Shown: piece by piece, positions 37,858 to 45,809 of the stretch
How the letters are laid out: every line of letters begins with the position of its first letter
Numbering within the stretch: the first letter of the stretch is position 1
Assembly (NCBI GenBank): GCA_030523305.1
Contig: JAUNIY010000002.1
Location: 2 to 64,001, forward strand
Length of the DNA: 64,000 bases
Origin: Eubacteriales bacterium
GTDB lineage: Bacteria; Bacillota; Clostridia; Oscillospirales; Butyricicoccaceae
Direction of reading: 5' to 3'
The notes under the pieces: model-generated
Seen by the model: the letters and a program-made list of their open reading frames with translations, nothing else
Told to the model about the DNA's origin: nothing
Databases searched by the model: none
Made by a program: the position numbers and the translations under genes

Positions 37858-39000
37858 CTATTCCTCCTCCCGCAGCGCCGCAATGCAGGCAGCTGCCTGT
37901 TCCGTCTGCATCATGACGCCATATTGATTGGTAAAAACCACATAATCCACAGAAAATGGCTTACCGGATTTCCCGGATGTCCGCCGCGTCAGATGCGACA
38001 GCAGTTTGTCTGCAATTGAATCGAGTACGGGCTTGTCCAGCCCCGCTTGCTGCAAAATTTCCAAGCAGGCATCCACCGTAACCGCCTGCATTAGCCTGCG
38101 CACGGTTTCGGTATCCGCGCCGCACAGCGCGGCGTGCGCGGCGAAAATCTCCTGACGTGCATCCGCATAGGCAGAATGCGTCTGAAAAACGCCGGCCGCC
38201 AGCTTAATCAGCTTGCCCGCATGTCCAATCAGCAAAACGCCGTCAAACCCACAGTAAACCGCATAATCCAACGCTTCCCCGATAAAATTGGAGCATTTGA
38301 CGCCTTTTGCAAGATCCAAACCAAAGGTTTCCTTTGCAAAGTCCGCGCCGTAATTGCCCGGACACAGCAACACAATACGCTGTCCGGCAGCACGGCGCGC
38401 ATCCAGCTCGACATGGATGGTATCAATCAGCGCCTGCTCGCTCATCGGCTCGACAATGCCGCTGGTTCCAAGCACAGACAGGCCCCCCACGATGCCCAAA
38501 TGCGGGTTAAACGTGCGCGCGGCCAGCGCTTCACCACCGGGAATGGAAATCATAACCGAAAAGCCGCCGGAATACCCATACTGCTGCGCCACTTCGCGCA
38601 GAGCGCATGTGATCTGCTCGCGCGGCGCAGGATTGATCGCCGCTGTGCCGACCGGCTGCGCCAGCCCCGGACGCGTCACCCGCCCGACCCCTTCGCCGCC
38701 ATCAATCACAATCCCAGTGTCGATGCGCCGCACCGTGGCATACACCAGCACATGATGGGTAATGTCCGGGTCATCCCCGGCGTCCTTGCGCACCGCACAG
38801 CGCACCGCCTCACGTGTGCGCGTCATATCTTCCACATCCAACGTCAGGCCGATGCCCTTCGGCGTCATCAGCCGTACCTGCCGCACAGGTTTGCCGCACA
38901 ACAAGGCAACAGCGGCCGCCTTCGCCGCAGCCGCTGCACAACTGCCGGTCGTGTAGCCCAAAGCAAGCTGTTTCCTGTTTTTTACCACATACCGGTCCAT
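37858..39000 (-). CDS. cbiD: Cobalt-precorrin-5B C1-methyltransferase
   Basis: GYTTGSCAAAA, KDAGDDPD, AINPAPR, TFNPHLGIVGGLSVLGTSGIVEPMS. Confidence 0.97.
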   Translation of the reverse strand: MDRYVVKNRKQLALGYTTGSCAAAAAKAAAVALLCGKPVRQVRLMTPKGIGLTLDVEDMTRTREAVRCAVRKDAGDDPDITHHVLVYATVRRIDTGIVIDGGEGVGRVTRPGLAQPVGTAAINPAPREQITCALREVAQQYGYSGGFSVMISIPGGEALAARTFNPHLGIVGGLSVLGTSGIVEPMSEQALIDTIHVELDARRAAGQRIVLLCPGNYGADFAKETFGLDLAKGVKCSNFIGEALDYAVYCGFDGVLLIGHAGKLIKLAAGVFQTHSAYADARQEIFAAHAALCGADTETVRRLMQAVTVDACLEILQQAGLDKPVLDSIADKLLSHLTRRTSGKSGKPFSVDYVVFTNQYGVMMQTEQAAACIAALREEE

Positions 39001-39012
39001 CCGTATCCCTTT

Positions 39013-39882
39013 CTATCCCTCTGACGTCCGGGCCTGCGCAAGCTCGGTCAATTTGGCAAAATCTGCAAGGCTCAGCTTTTCACCGCGCACACGCGCGTCA
39101 AAGCCACAGTCGGTAATCAGCTGCACAATGCCCGCCTTGCCCAGCGTGCCGCCCAAAACCGGGCTGAGCGCATTGGCAAGCGTTTTGCGCCGCTGTCCAA
39201 AAGCCGCCTTGACCAGTGAGAAAAACAGCCGTTCATTACAAACTGGTACCGGCGGTCCGCTGCGCGGCGTCAGCTTTACTACAGCGGAATCCACCTTTGG
39301 CTGCGGGATAAAGCAATCGCGCGGCACGTCAAATAAAATCTCTGCCTTCGCATGGTAATCAATATAGATCGAAAAGGCGCTGTAAGCTGGGTCACCGGCT
39401 GCGGCGCAAATGCGCTCCGCAACCTCCTTCTGCACCATGACCGTAATGGCCCGAAACACATTGGCATCCAGCAGCGCGGAAATTGCCGGCGTCGTGATGT
39501 AATATGGGAGGTTTGCGCAGGCATACACCGGCGCATCGCCAAAATGTTCCTGGCAAATTCCCGCCAAATCGCATTGGAGCACATCCCCTTGTACCAGTGT
39601 GAGGTTATCACAATCCGCCAGCGTCTCTCGTAATACCGGGAACAGCTTACGATCCAGCTCAATGGCGCACACCCGGCCTGCCCGCCGGGAAAGCTGCTGT
39701 GTCAGGCATCCCATGCCAGGGCCGATCTCCAATGCACAGCTATCCTTGTCCACACCGCACGAATCCGCAATCTGCTCCGGTACCCACGCCGCTGTCAGGA
39801 AATTCTGTCCCAACGATTTTGAGAAGTGAAATCCATGCCTGCCGAGTACAGACCGGATATCGTCGATATTACAAAGATCCAT
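39013..39882 (-). CDS. rsmA: 16S rRNA m6,2A dimethyltransferase
   Basis: KSLGQNFL, EIGPGMG, ANLPYYITT, MVQKEVA, FIPQPKVDS, FGQRRK. Confidence 0.97.
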   Translation of the reverse strand: MDLCNIDDIRSVLGRHGFHFSKSLGQNFLTAAWVPEQIADSCGVDKDSCALEIGPGMGCLTQQLSRRAGRVCAIELDRKLFPVLRETLADCDNLTLVQGDVLQCDLAGICQEHFGDAPVYACANLPYYITTPAISALLDANVFRAITVMVQKEVAERICAAAGDPAYSAFSIYIDYHAKAEILFDVPRDCFIPQPKVDSAVVKLTPRSGPPVPVCNERLFFSLVKAAFGQRRKTLANALSPVLGGTLGKAGIVQLITDCGFDARVRGEKLSLADFAKLTELAQARTSEG

Positions 39883-39938
39883 TGTGTCCCTCGTCTTTCC
39901 AAATCATGATGAAATCGTTCTATTATTATGCCACCTGT

Positions 39939-39967
39939 ATTATACACTGTTTGTCAAATGCTTGCAA
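39939..39967 (-). promoter_or_regulatory. sigmaA promoter upstream of rsmA
   Basis: TTGCAA-17-(TG)TATAAT. Confidence 0.75.
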
Positions 39968-40016
39968 TCAGCTTGCGCCATTCCCGGAAGAATTACACGA
40001 AAAGCCCCCTAAAATG

Positions 40017-40050
40017 AAAAAATTCCCGGCAGGATTATCCCGCCGGGAAT
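40017..40050 (-). terminator. Terminator of the G5-3D gene
   Basis: ATTCCCGGCGGG-ataat-CCTGCCGGGAAT-TTTTT. Confidence 0.8.
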
Positions 40051-40062
40051 GCTGTACGTCTG

Positions 40063-41079
40063 TCAGTTCAGAATATATACCTTTGCGCTGCGTCTGCCAA
40101 AGCTGTTGCATTCCGACTCCGTATTGAAATACAGGTCGATCCGGTTGCCCTTGATGGCACCGCCGGTATCTGCCGCTACCGCTTCGCCATAGATCCAGGA
40201 TGTACCGTCCGCAGAAGTGATATACAGCTTGGTCCCCAGCGGGATCACGCTGGGATCGACGGCAATTCTGCCCACCTGCGCCTTCATACCGCTCGCCGTG
40301 GTACCGCCGCCACTATATGCGGTGGCCTCCACCGTGAGGACACGGGAATACGACAGGCTTCCGCCGCTGGTGGCGACCGTCGGCTGCTTGGTTCCCTGCT
40401 CGACGATCTCTGTCACCGGCTCCTTGACTACCTGCGTGCCGGTCTGCACACACGCGACTTCCTCGCCATCGTGATAGGTGTATTCCAGCGTAATTTCTTC
40501 TACGCCCTCGACGCCCTTCTGTGCGACACGGCTCTTGCCGATTTCCAGCTCGCTGGAATTGCGGTTTTCCGTCGTGTACGCAATCGCCCTTGTCTGCGTC
40601 TTGGTCTCGGTCGTCACGCGCGTGACGTCGATATGACATGGCTCGGTAATCATCGTATCTGCGCTCGGCTCGGTCAGATCGTCTTCTCCCAGTTCAATAC
40701 CTGCCTTGCGCAGGATATTGGAAACGCGCGCGTCGCCGGTGTATACCGTCAGGGTTTCGCCGTCCACTGTCACCGTAACGTTGTAATTCTGCTTTACCGT
40801 GACCTCATAACCGTCTTCCTCTTCCAGCACCGATACAATGCTATAATCCTCCGGGCTGAAGGACGAACGCTGGAACGCTGCTTCTGCATCCGCCTGATAC
40901 ATGGATATTTCTTCTGTTGTCGTACCATCTGTGATGGTATAGACATCCATGCCAACCGCAATCACCGGAAAGGTCATTGCCGTAACCACCGCCAGTGACG
41001 CCAACGGGACAGCGCGCCGCTTCAAATGTACGTGTGTAAAATCACAGTGAAACTTCTTAATCGATGTAAACAGGTTCAT
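40063..41079 (-). CDS. YabE-like cell-wall protein (DUF348/ubiquitin-like, G5 and 3D domains)
   Basis: N-terminal TM; G5 (QKGVEG...EIVEQGT); 3D domain ATAYS, IAVDPSVIPLGT, AADTGGAIKGNRIDLY. Confidence 0.92.
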   Translation of the reverse strand: MNLFTSIKKFHCDFTHVHLKRRAVPLASLAVVTAMTFPVIAVGMDVYTITDGTTTEEISMYQADAEAAFQRSSFSPEDYSIVSVLEEEDGYEVTVKQNYNVTVTVDGETLTVYTGDARVSNILRKAGIELGEDDLTEPSADTMITEPCHIDVTRVTTETKTQTRAIAYTTENRNSSELEIGKSRVAQKGVEGVEEITLEYTYHDGEEVACVQTGTQVVKEPVTEIVEQGTKQPTVATSGGSLSYSRVLTVEATAYSGGGTTASGMKAQVGRIAVDPSVIPLGTKLYITSADGTSWIYGEAVAADTGGAIKGNRIDLYFNTESECNSFGRRSAKVYILN

Positions 41080-41180
41080 AAAGCTCCTTTCGCCTAAGCC
41101 GCACTACAACCTGTATTCGTGCGGGCGTTTCGCCGCCGACGGAGATCGGCAGCCTGTCTGCGTGCAACCGGCAATCTTTG

Positions 41181-41197
41181 ATTACATTTCGGTTACA
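41181..41197 (-). promoter_or_regulatory. WalR/OmpR-type direct-repeat box
   Basis: TGTAAC-CGAAA-TGTAAT, an exact match to TGTWAH-N5-TGTWAH. Confidence 0.55.
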
Positions 41198-41213
41198 AAT
41201 TTATTTTATGTGC

Positions 41214-41242
41214 ATTGTAGCGTAAAAATGGCATAAAGTCAA
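41214..41242 (-). promoter_or_regulatory. sigmaA promoter of the G5-3D gene
   Basis: TTGACT-17-TACAAT. Confidence 0.8.
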
Positions 41243-41449
41243 GCAATCAGATAACTTTTTGGCACTATGAACACCCTATTTCCCATTCATTTATGCCAAG
41301 CTTGTGATAATGCACAGTTTTTTCGGCATGATTTCCAGCCCTTTCCTACCGAAAACACCCAGCTGATTTCCATATTTTCCTTTTCAAATCTTCTTTTCGC
41401 GTGTACAATAGAACCATCATGATGTCATTTTGTCAAAGGAAGAGCCCAT

Positions 41450-42421
41450 ATGAATACATATTTACACCACCAGCCGTTGCCCGACGTCGTTTATCACTAT
41501 TGCAGCGTCGAAACCTTTTTTCATATTATCTCAAATCACACACTCCGTCTATCCGACATTGAAAAAAGCAACGACTTTATGGAAAAAAAGTGGACGATCC
41601 AGCAATGCTTACAACACATCCGCAACAACATCAACAACCCCGACTACCCATGCAGCAAGCAGCCGAAGCTCGCTGCAAGCCTGCTGCAGGAGATGGAACG
41701 CCAGTTCCACCACTACAACACCATGATCCTCGCCGCGTGCTTTTCCTCCAAACGCGACCTGCTCAGCCAATGGCGCGGATACGGGGAAAACGGCTATGGC
41801 GTTTGTATCGGCGTTTCCTCTGGCACGGAATTTTTGCCTGCCTTCCGCCGCGCAGAACGCTATCTCGGTTTAAAGGGCAGCGAGCAGGCGCTTCCGGACG
41901 GACTTGTATTTCACAGCGTCCAATATACGACCAAGGAAATTGAAGCCATCTGTATGCAGTTGTTCTGCATTTATATGCGCTGGCTGCCGCTGCGCACCTC
42001 ATTGGAAAAGGCCGCTGCCCAACTCATCCGCATCCTGTACCCCGCGCTCCCTTTTTTCAAATCCCACGCATTTTCTGAAGAAGCGGAATGGCGCTGCGTG
42101 TACTATCCTGAGCTTCCTGCGCCACCATATGAAACGCAGACCTTTGACGAAGCGCATTTCCAGCAGTTGCTGAACCGGCAAAACCGGGAGCAATCACTAG
42201 ACCGGTTCCTCCTCTTCCCCTTGGACTACCGCCTACGTCAAAACAATCTGGTCCCTTACCGCGACCTCGCGTTTGACAGCTGCAAAGGTTCCTTTATCCG
42301 CAGCGTCACAATCGGTCCCAAATGTCCGTTGGATCGAGAAACCGTAAAGGTTTTTCTCGAACGGTACCGTATCCCCATTGATTTAAAGGATATCCATTTG
42401 TCCGATGTCTCTTATCGCTGA
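41450..42421 (+). CDS. DUF2971-domain protein
   Basis: VYHYCS, SNDFME, ACFS, LLSQWRGYG, FKSHAFSEEAEWR, VTIGPK; RBS AAGGA. Confidence 0.8.
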   Translation: MNTYLHHQPLPDVVYHYCSVETFFHIISNHTLRLSDIEKSNDFMEKKWTIQQCLQHIRNNINNPDYPCSKQPKLAASLLQEMERQFHHYNTMILAACFSSKRDLLSQWRGYGENGYGVCIGVSSGTEFLPAFRRAERYLGLKGSEQALPDGLVFHSVQYTTKEIEAICMQLFCIYMRWLPLRTSLEKAAAQLIRILYPALPFFKSHAFSEEAEWRCVYYPELPAPPYETQTFDEAHFQQLLNRQNREQSLDRFLLFPLDYRLRQNNLVPYRDLAFDSCKGSFIRSVTIGPKCPLDRETVKVFLERYRIPIDLKDIHLSDVSYR

Positions 42422-42432
42422 CACATACAATA

Positions 42433-42472
42433 CGGCCGGACGGAAGGTTCTCCCTTCCATCCGGCCGTTTGC
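42433..42472. terminator. Bidirectional terminator
   Basis: ACGGCCGGA.GGAAGG-ttct-CCCTTCC.TCCGGCCGT. Confidence 0.7.
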
Positions 42473-42487
42473 CATCCTTCTCTTTTG

Positions 42488-43735
42488 TTATGTATCTGTG
42501 TCCTCGTCTACAATGACCTGTATTTTGTCCACGCGCTTTCCATCCATTTCCAGCACGCACACTTGGAGATTGCGATACGTAAAGCGGTCCCCCTTTTGCG
42601 GTACGCCTCCGATTTCATCCATGACCCATCCGCTGACGGTCACCACATCCAGCTCGTCGTCAATATCCAACAGTTCAAACAGCTTTTCTACATTGGCGCC
42701 GCCCAGCACGGTATATTCCGAATCAGAAACCTTCTGGATTTCCTCCACCACTTCATCATGTTCATCCCAGATCTCACCGACAAGCTCTTCCAGGATATCC
42801 TCCATGGTGACAATGCCAACCGTTCCGCCGAATTCATCGAGTACAACTGCAATATGGGATTTTTTCATTTGCAGCTGTTTCAACAGATCACCGATCTTTT
42901 TCCCCTGTGACGTGTACAATGCCGGGCGGATGATGGATAATACATCTTTTTCCGTATTGTACACGTAATGATGGAAGTCCTTTTGATAGATGATTCCTGT
43001 AATGTTGTCAATGCTGTCTTCATAGACCGGCAGCCTGGAAAAACCGGTTTCGGCAAAAACCGCCGCAATATCTTCCTTTGGTGTATCCAACGATACAGCG
43101 GTGATATCGATGCGCGGCGTCAGAATATCCACCGCTTCAATTTCCGAAAACTCGATTGCACTTCGGATCAGCGTCCCTTCCTCCGCGTCAATGCCGCCCT
43201 CCTGCTCAGCCTCTTCCACGATGGTCAGCAGCTCTTCTTCGGTGATCGAACGATCCTCCTGCGTCTGGAACAGGCGGGACAGCAGCCGTTTCCATTGACG
43301 GAACAAAAAGTTAAACGGCGTCAGAATGACCATCAAAACCCGCAGAAACGGCGCGGAAAACATGGCAAACTTTTCCGGCGATTCCTTTGCGATACTCTTT
43401 GGGGAGACTTCGCCAAAAATCAATACCACCACTGTGGTCACAGCAGTCGACACGCTCGGACCTATGTCCTCGCCCAACATCCGCACAAACAGCACCGTAG
43501 CGATCGATGCGCTGGCAATGTTTACAATGTTATTGCCGATGAGGATGGTTGACAGCAGGCTGTCATAATTTTCCTCCAAACGCAGGACCAGCGCTGCTTT
43601 TTTGTTTCCCTTCTCGGCCATATTCTTTACCCGGATCCGATTCAACGAAGAAAACGCCGTTTCCGTCGCAGAAAAATAAGCCGAAAAAATAACACAAACA
43701 ACAATCAGAATGAGTGAAACACTGTCACTATTCAT
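42488..43735 (-). CDS. CNNM/HlyC-CorC family protein (DUF21, CBS pair, CorC domain)
   Basis: FSATETAF, TILIGNN, FGEVSPK, FSRLPVY, VLDEFGGTVGIVTMEDILEELVGEIWDE. Confidence 0.94.
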   Translation of the reverse strand: MNSDSVSLILIVVCVIFSAYFSATETAFSSLNRIRVKNMAEKGNKKAALVLRLEENYDSLLSTILIGNNIVNIASASIATVLFVRMLGEDIGPSVSTAVTTVVVLIFGEVSPKSIAKESPEKFAMFSAPFLRVLMVILTPFNFLFRQWKRLLSRLFQTQEDRSITEEELLTIVEEAEQEGGIDAEEGTLIRSAIEFSEIEAVDILTPRIDITAVSLDTPKEDIAAVFAETGFSRLPVYEDSIDNITGIIYQKDFHHYVYNTEKDVLSIIRPALYTSQGKKIGDLLKQLQMKKSHIAVVLDEFGGTVGIVTMEDILEELVGEIWDEHDEVVEEIQKVSDSEYTVLGGANVEKLFELLDIDDELDVVTVSGWVMDEIGGVPQKGDRFTYRNLQVCVLEMDGKRVDKIQVIVDEDTDT

Positions 43736-44870
43736 TTATTTCAATCCCTTTCTTTGTCAATTGATTCCGAACTGCCTGTTGAATAACGCAGTAGAAAAAC
43801 GAACAAATCGGCACACCAAGCAGCATCCCTAAAACACCAAACATATTGCCGCCGACCGTTATGGTAATCAAAACCCACAGTCCTGGCAGCCCCACAGATT
43901 TGCCCACCACACGCGGATAAATGATATGTCCCTCCAGCTGCTGAAGAATCACCAGGAAAATAAGGAACTGGATCGCCTGCCATGGATTCACCACAAGAAT
44001 CAACAGCGCACCGATCGCCGCGCCTACCAGTGCTCCAAATATCGGGATCAATGCCGTAAACCCGACCAGCACGGATATAATCGCCGCATATGGCATGTGC
44101 AGCAAAAGCATGCCGATGAAGCACAGTACGCCGATTATCACGGCTTCCAAAAGCTGTCCTGTCACAAAGTTGGTGAATATCCGGTTTGCCAGGCGAAACA
44201 GCCCGGTCGCCTGCTGCGCCCGTTTGACCGGTATCATGGCAAAAAGCAGCTTTTTCGCTTGTACGGCCAGCTTTTCCTTTTGCAGCAGCACATAGATGGA
44301 CATGACCAGCCCCAAAACAGTATTGACCAAACCAGATCCAATCGACACGGTGATATCCATTGTTTTGTTGAGCAGAGTTTCTCCATATTGAGATAAGAAA
44401 TCCTGTATCCCCGTTCCGTCTATATCCGCCTGCGGCAACACAAGAGAATACTGCGCCAAAAATGCCGCCAAATCATTCCAGCCGTCGCGTATATAAGCGG
44501 CATACTGCGGAACCATATCGACGATTGTCACAATATTCTTTTTCAGTTCGGGGATAATCAGGAAAAGAATGATGCATATCACACCGATGATCACGATAAA
44601 ACTCAAAATCAGGCAAACAGGCCGCTTGATTTTTTTCCAAAGTGTTCCCGTGCGGTTTCCGAGTACGGTATCCCATACTTTCTCGATTTTCCCCAATAAT
44701 ATATTGATGAGGAATGCAAAGCACAGCCCCAGAAGAAACGGTGAAATCATTCCTACAAATCCCGATATCGCCCGGCCTATGGCCTGTAAATGGTTCAATC
44801 CCCAAAAAATGACCAGAGAAGCCGTGATCATCCCCATAATCTTTTTGATATTGCTTTTATTGAGTTCCAA
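43728..44870 (-). CDS. AI-2E family transporter
   Basis: Multiple TM helices; IPIFGA, QQLEGHIIYPRVVGKSVGLP; TTG start after AAAGGA. Confidence 0.92.
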   Translation of the reverse strand: MELNKSNIKKIMGMITASLVIFWGLNHLQAIGRAISGFVGMISPFLLGLCFAFLINILLGKIEKVWDTVLGNRTGTLWKKIKRPVCLILSFIVIIGVICIILFLIIPELKKNIVTIVDMVPQYAAYIRDGWNDLAAFLAQYSLVLPQADIDGTGIQDFLSQYGETLLNKTMDITVSIGSGLVNTVLGLVMSIYVLLQKEKLAVQAKKLLFAMIPVKRAQQATGLFRLANRIFTNFVTGQLLEAVIIGVLCFIGMLLLHMPYAAIISVLVGFTALIPIFGALVGAAIGALLILVVNPWQAIQFLIFLVILQQLEGHIIYPRVVGKSVGLPGLWVLITITVGGNMFGVLGMLLGVPICSFFYCVIQQAVRNQLTKKGIEINE

Positions 44871-44949
44871 ATCAACTGTATCCTTTCTCATTGCTTTCGT
44901 GCACATGCGGAAAGCGGCGTCAACCGCCTTCCCGTTTTTTCAAGCGGTT

Positions 44950-45357
44950 TTACAAGAAGAGATACCCGTTTTCTTTTTCCCCGTCCTGGTCATGGATGTA
45001 GGATACGATAGCCGCAACGCTCTCCGGTACGCTCGGCGGCGGTATTTCCGCGCACCCCCCAGCGTCCTTCTTCCCGCTGGTATCCATGATCGATATCGGC
45101 GTCTGCCGCAGTGACTGTCCCGATCCGTTGTGCCATTTTCCCTTTGATACCGTACTAGAACACACCGCGGTGATTTCACAATGAATTGGCATATCCCATG
45201 CAGTATCCTCCAAATTTCCCGTGGAGGCCGGGAAACAGGCCGCCGCTTCTGCCGGCAAAAATCCAGAGCCTATGCACGCCACCACATTCAGGCAACATGC
45301 TGCGAGTAAAACAGCCACAATCGCGACACGCAGGATGTTCCGGGCTTTACCTTTCAC
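44950..45357 (-). CDS. Hypothetical protein with a signal-peptide/lipoprotein-like N-terminus
   Basis: GGAGGTG RBS before GTG; MKGKARNILRVAIVAVLLAACCLNVVAC; no recognisable domain. Confidence 0.4.
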   Translation of the reverse strand: MKGKARNILRVAIVAVLLAACCLNVVACIGSGFLPAEAAACFPASTGNLEDTAWDMPIHCEITAVCSSTVSKGKWHNGSGQSLRQTPISIMDTSGKKDAGGCAEIPPPSVPESVAAIVSYIHDQDGEKENGYLFL

Positions 45358-45526
45358 GCCGTCCACCTCCAGCAAGGCTGCCGCGTTTTGTGCCGCCTCC
45401 ATGCTTGCACAGCATCACAGACAACAAAAGGCACAGCCATCCCCCCGCACGGCGGGCATAGCTATGCCTTTGATCTATACTATTCTGATGACAAAACGGA
45501 GCGGCGTCACTATCGGTATCGTCCAT
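45347..45526 (-). CDS. 59-aa hypothetical protein (not in the ORF track)
   Basis: TTGCAT-17-TATATT promoter and AGGAGG RBS; MDDTDSDAAPFCHQNSIDQRHSYARRAGGWLCLLLSVMLCKHGGGTKRGSLAGGGRRER. Confidence 0.4.
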   Translation of the reverse strand: MDDTDSDAAPFCHQNSIDQRHSYARRAGGWLCLLLSVMLCKHGGGTKRGSLAGGGRRER

Positions 45527-45704
45527 TTTGATTTCCTCCTATGCGTTCAGTGTATTCCTAATATACCAAAAAAAGCCGTCCTATGCAAGGAACTTTTCAA
45601 AAATTTCACAATTGATCCGTGTCCCCTGCCGCTGTTGCAAACCAGATAATCATCCCATACTGTGATGCCCATGACGCGCGTGTTGCCACCGTATTTCTTT
45701 CCAA

Positions 45705-45752
45705 ACGAAACCCCGCCGAAACGCATGCAGTCGCGCTTCAGCGGGGCTTTAT
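45705..45752 (-). terminator. Terminator of the PTS gene
   Basis: AAGCCCCGCTGAAGCGC...GCGTTTCGGCGGGGTTT. Confidence 0.7.
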
Positions 45753-45809
45753 GGTAGGAGATTGGAAACAGCAAATCAATGAGATACGCCAAACTGTATC
45801 ATACTTGGT

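Noticed and set aside
39000-39960. Cobalamin riboswitch for the cob operon
   Set aside because: No B12-box-like sequence recognised, and the gaps (12 nt and ~55-nt leader) are too short.
41080-41210. c-di-AMP (ydaO) riboswitch upstream of the 3D-domain gene
   Set aside because: Only the 3' AGGC..AAGGAG end resembles it; the conserved core words are missing.
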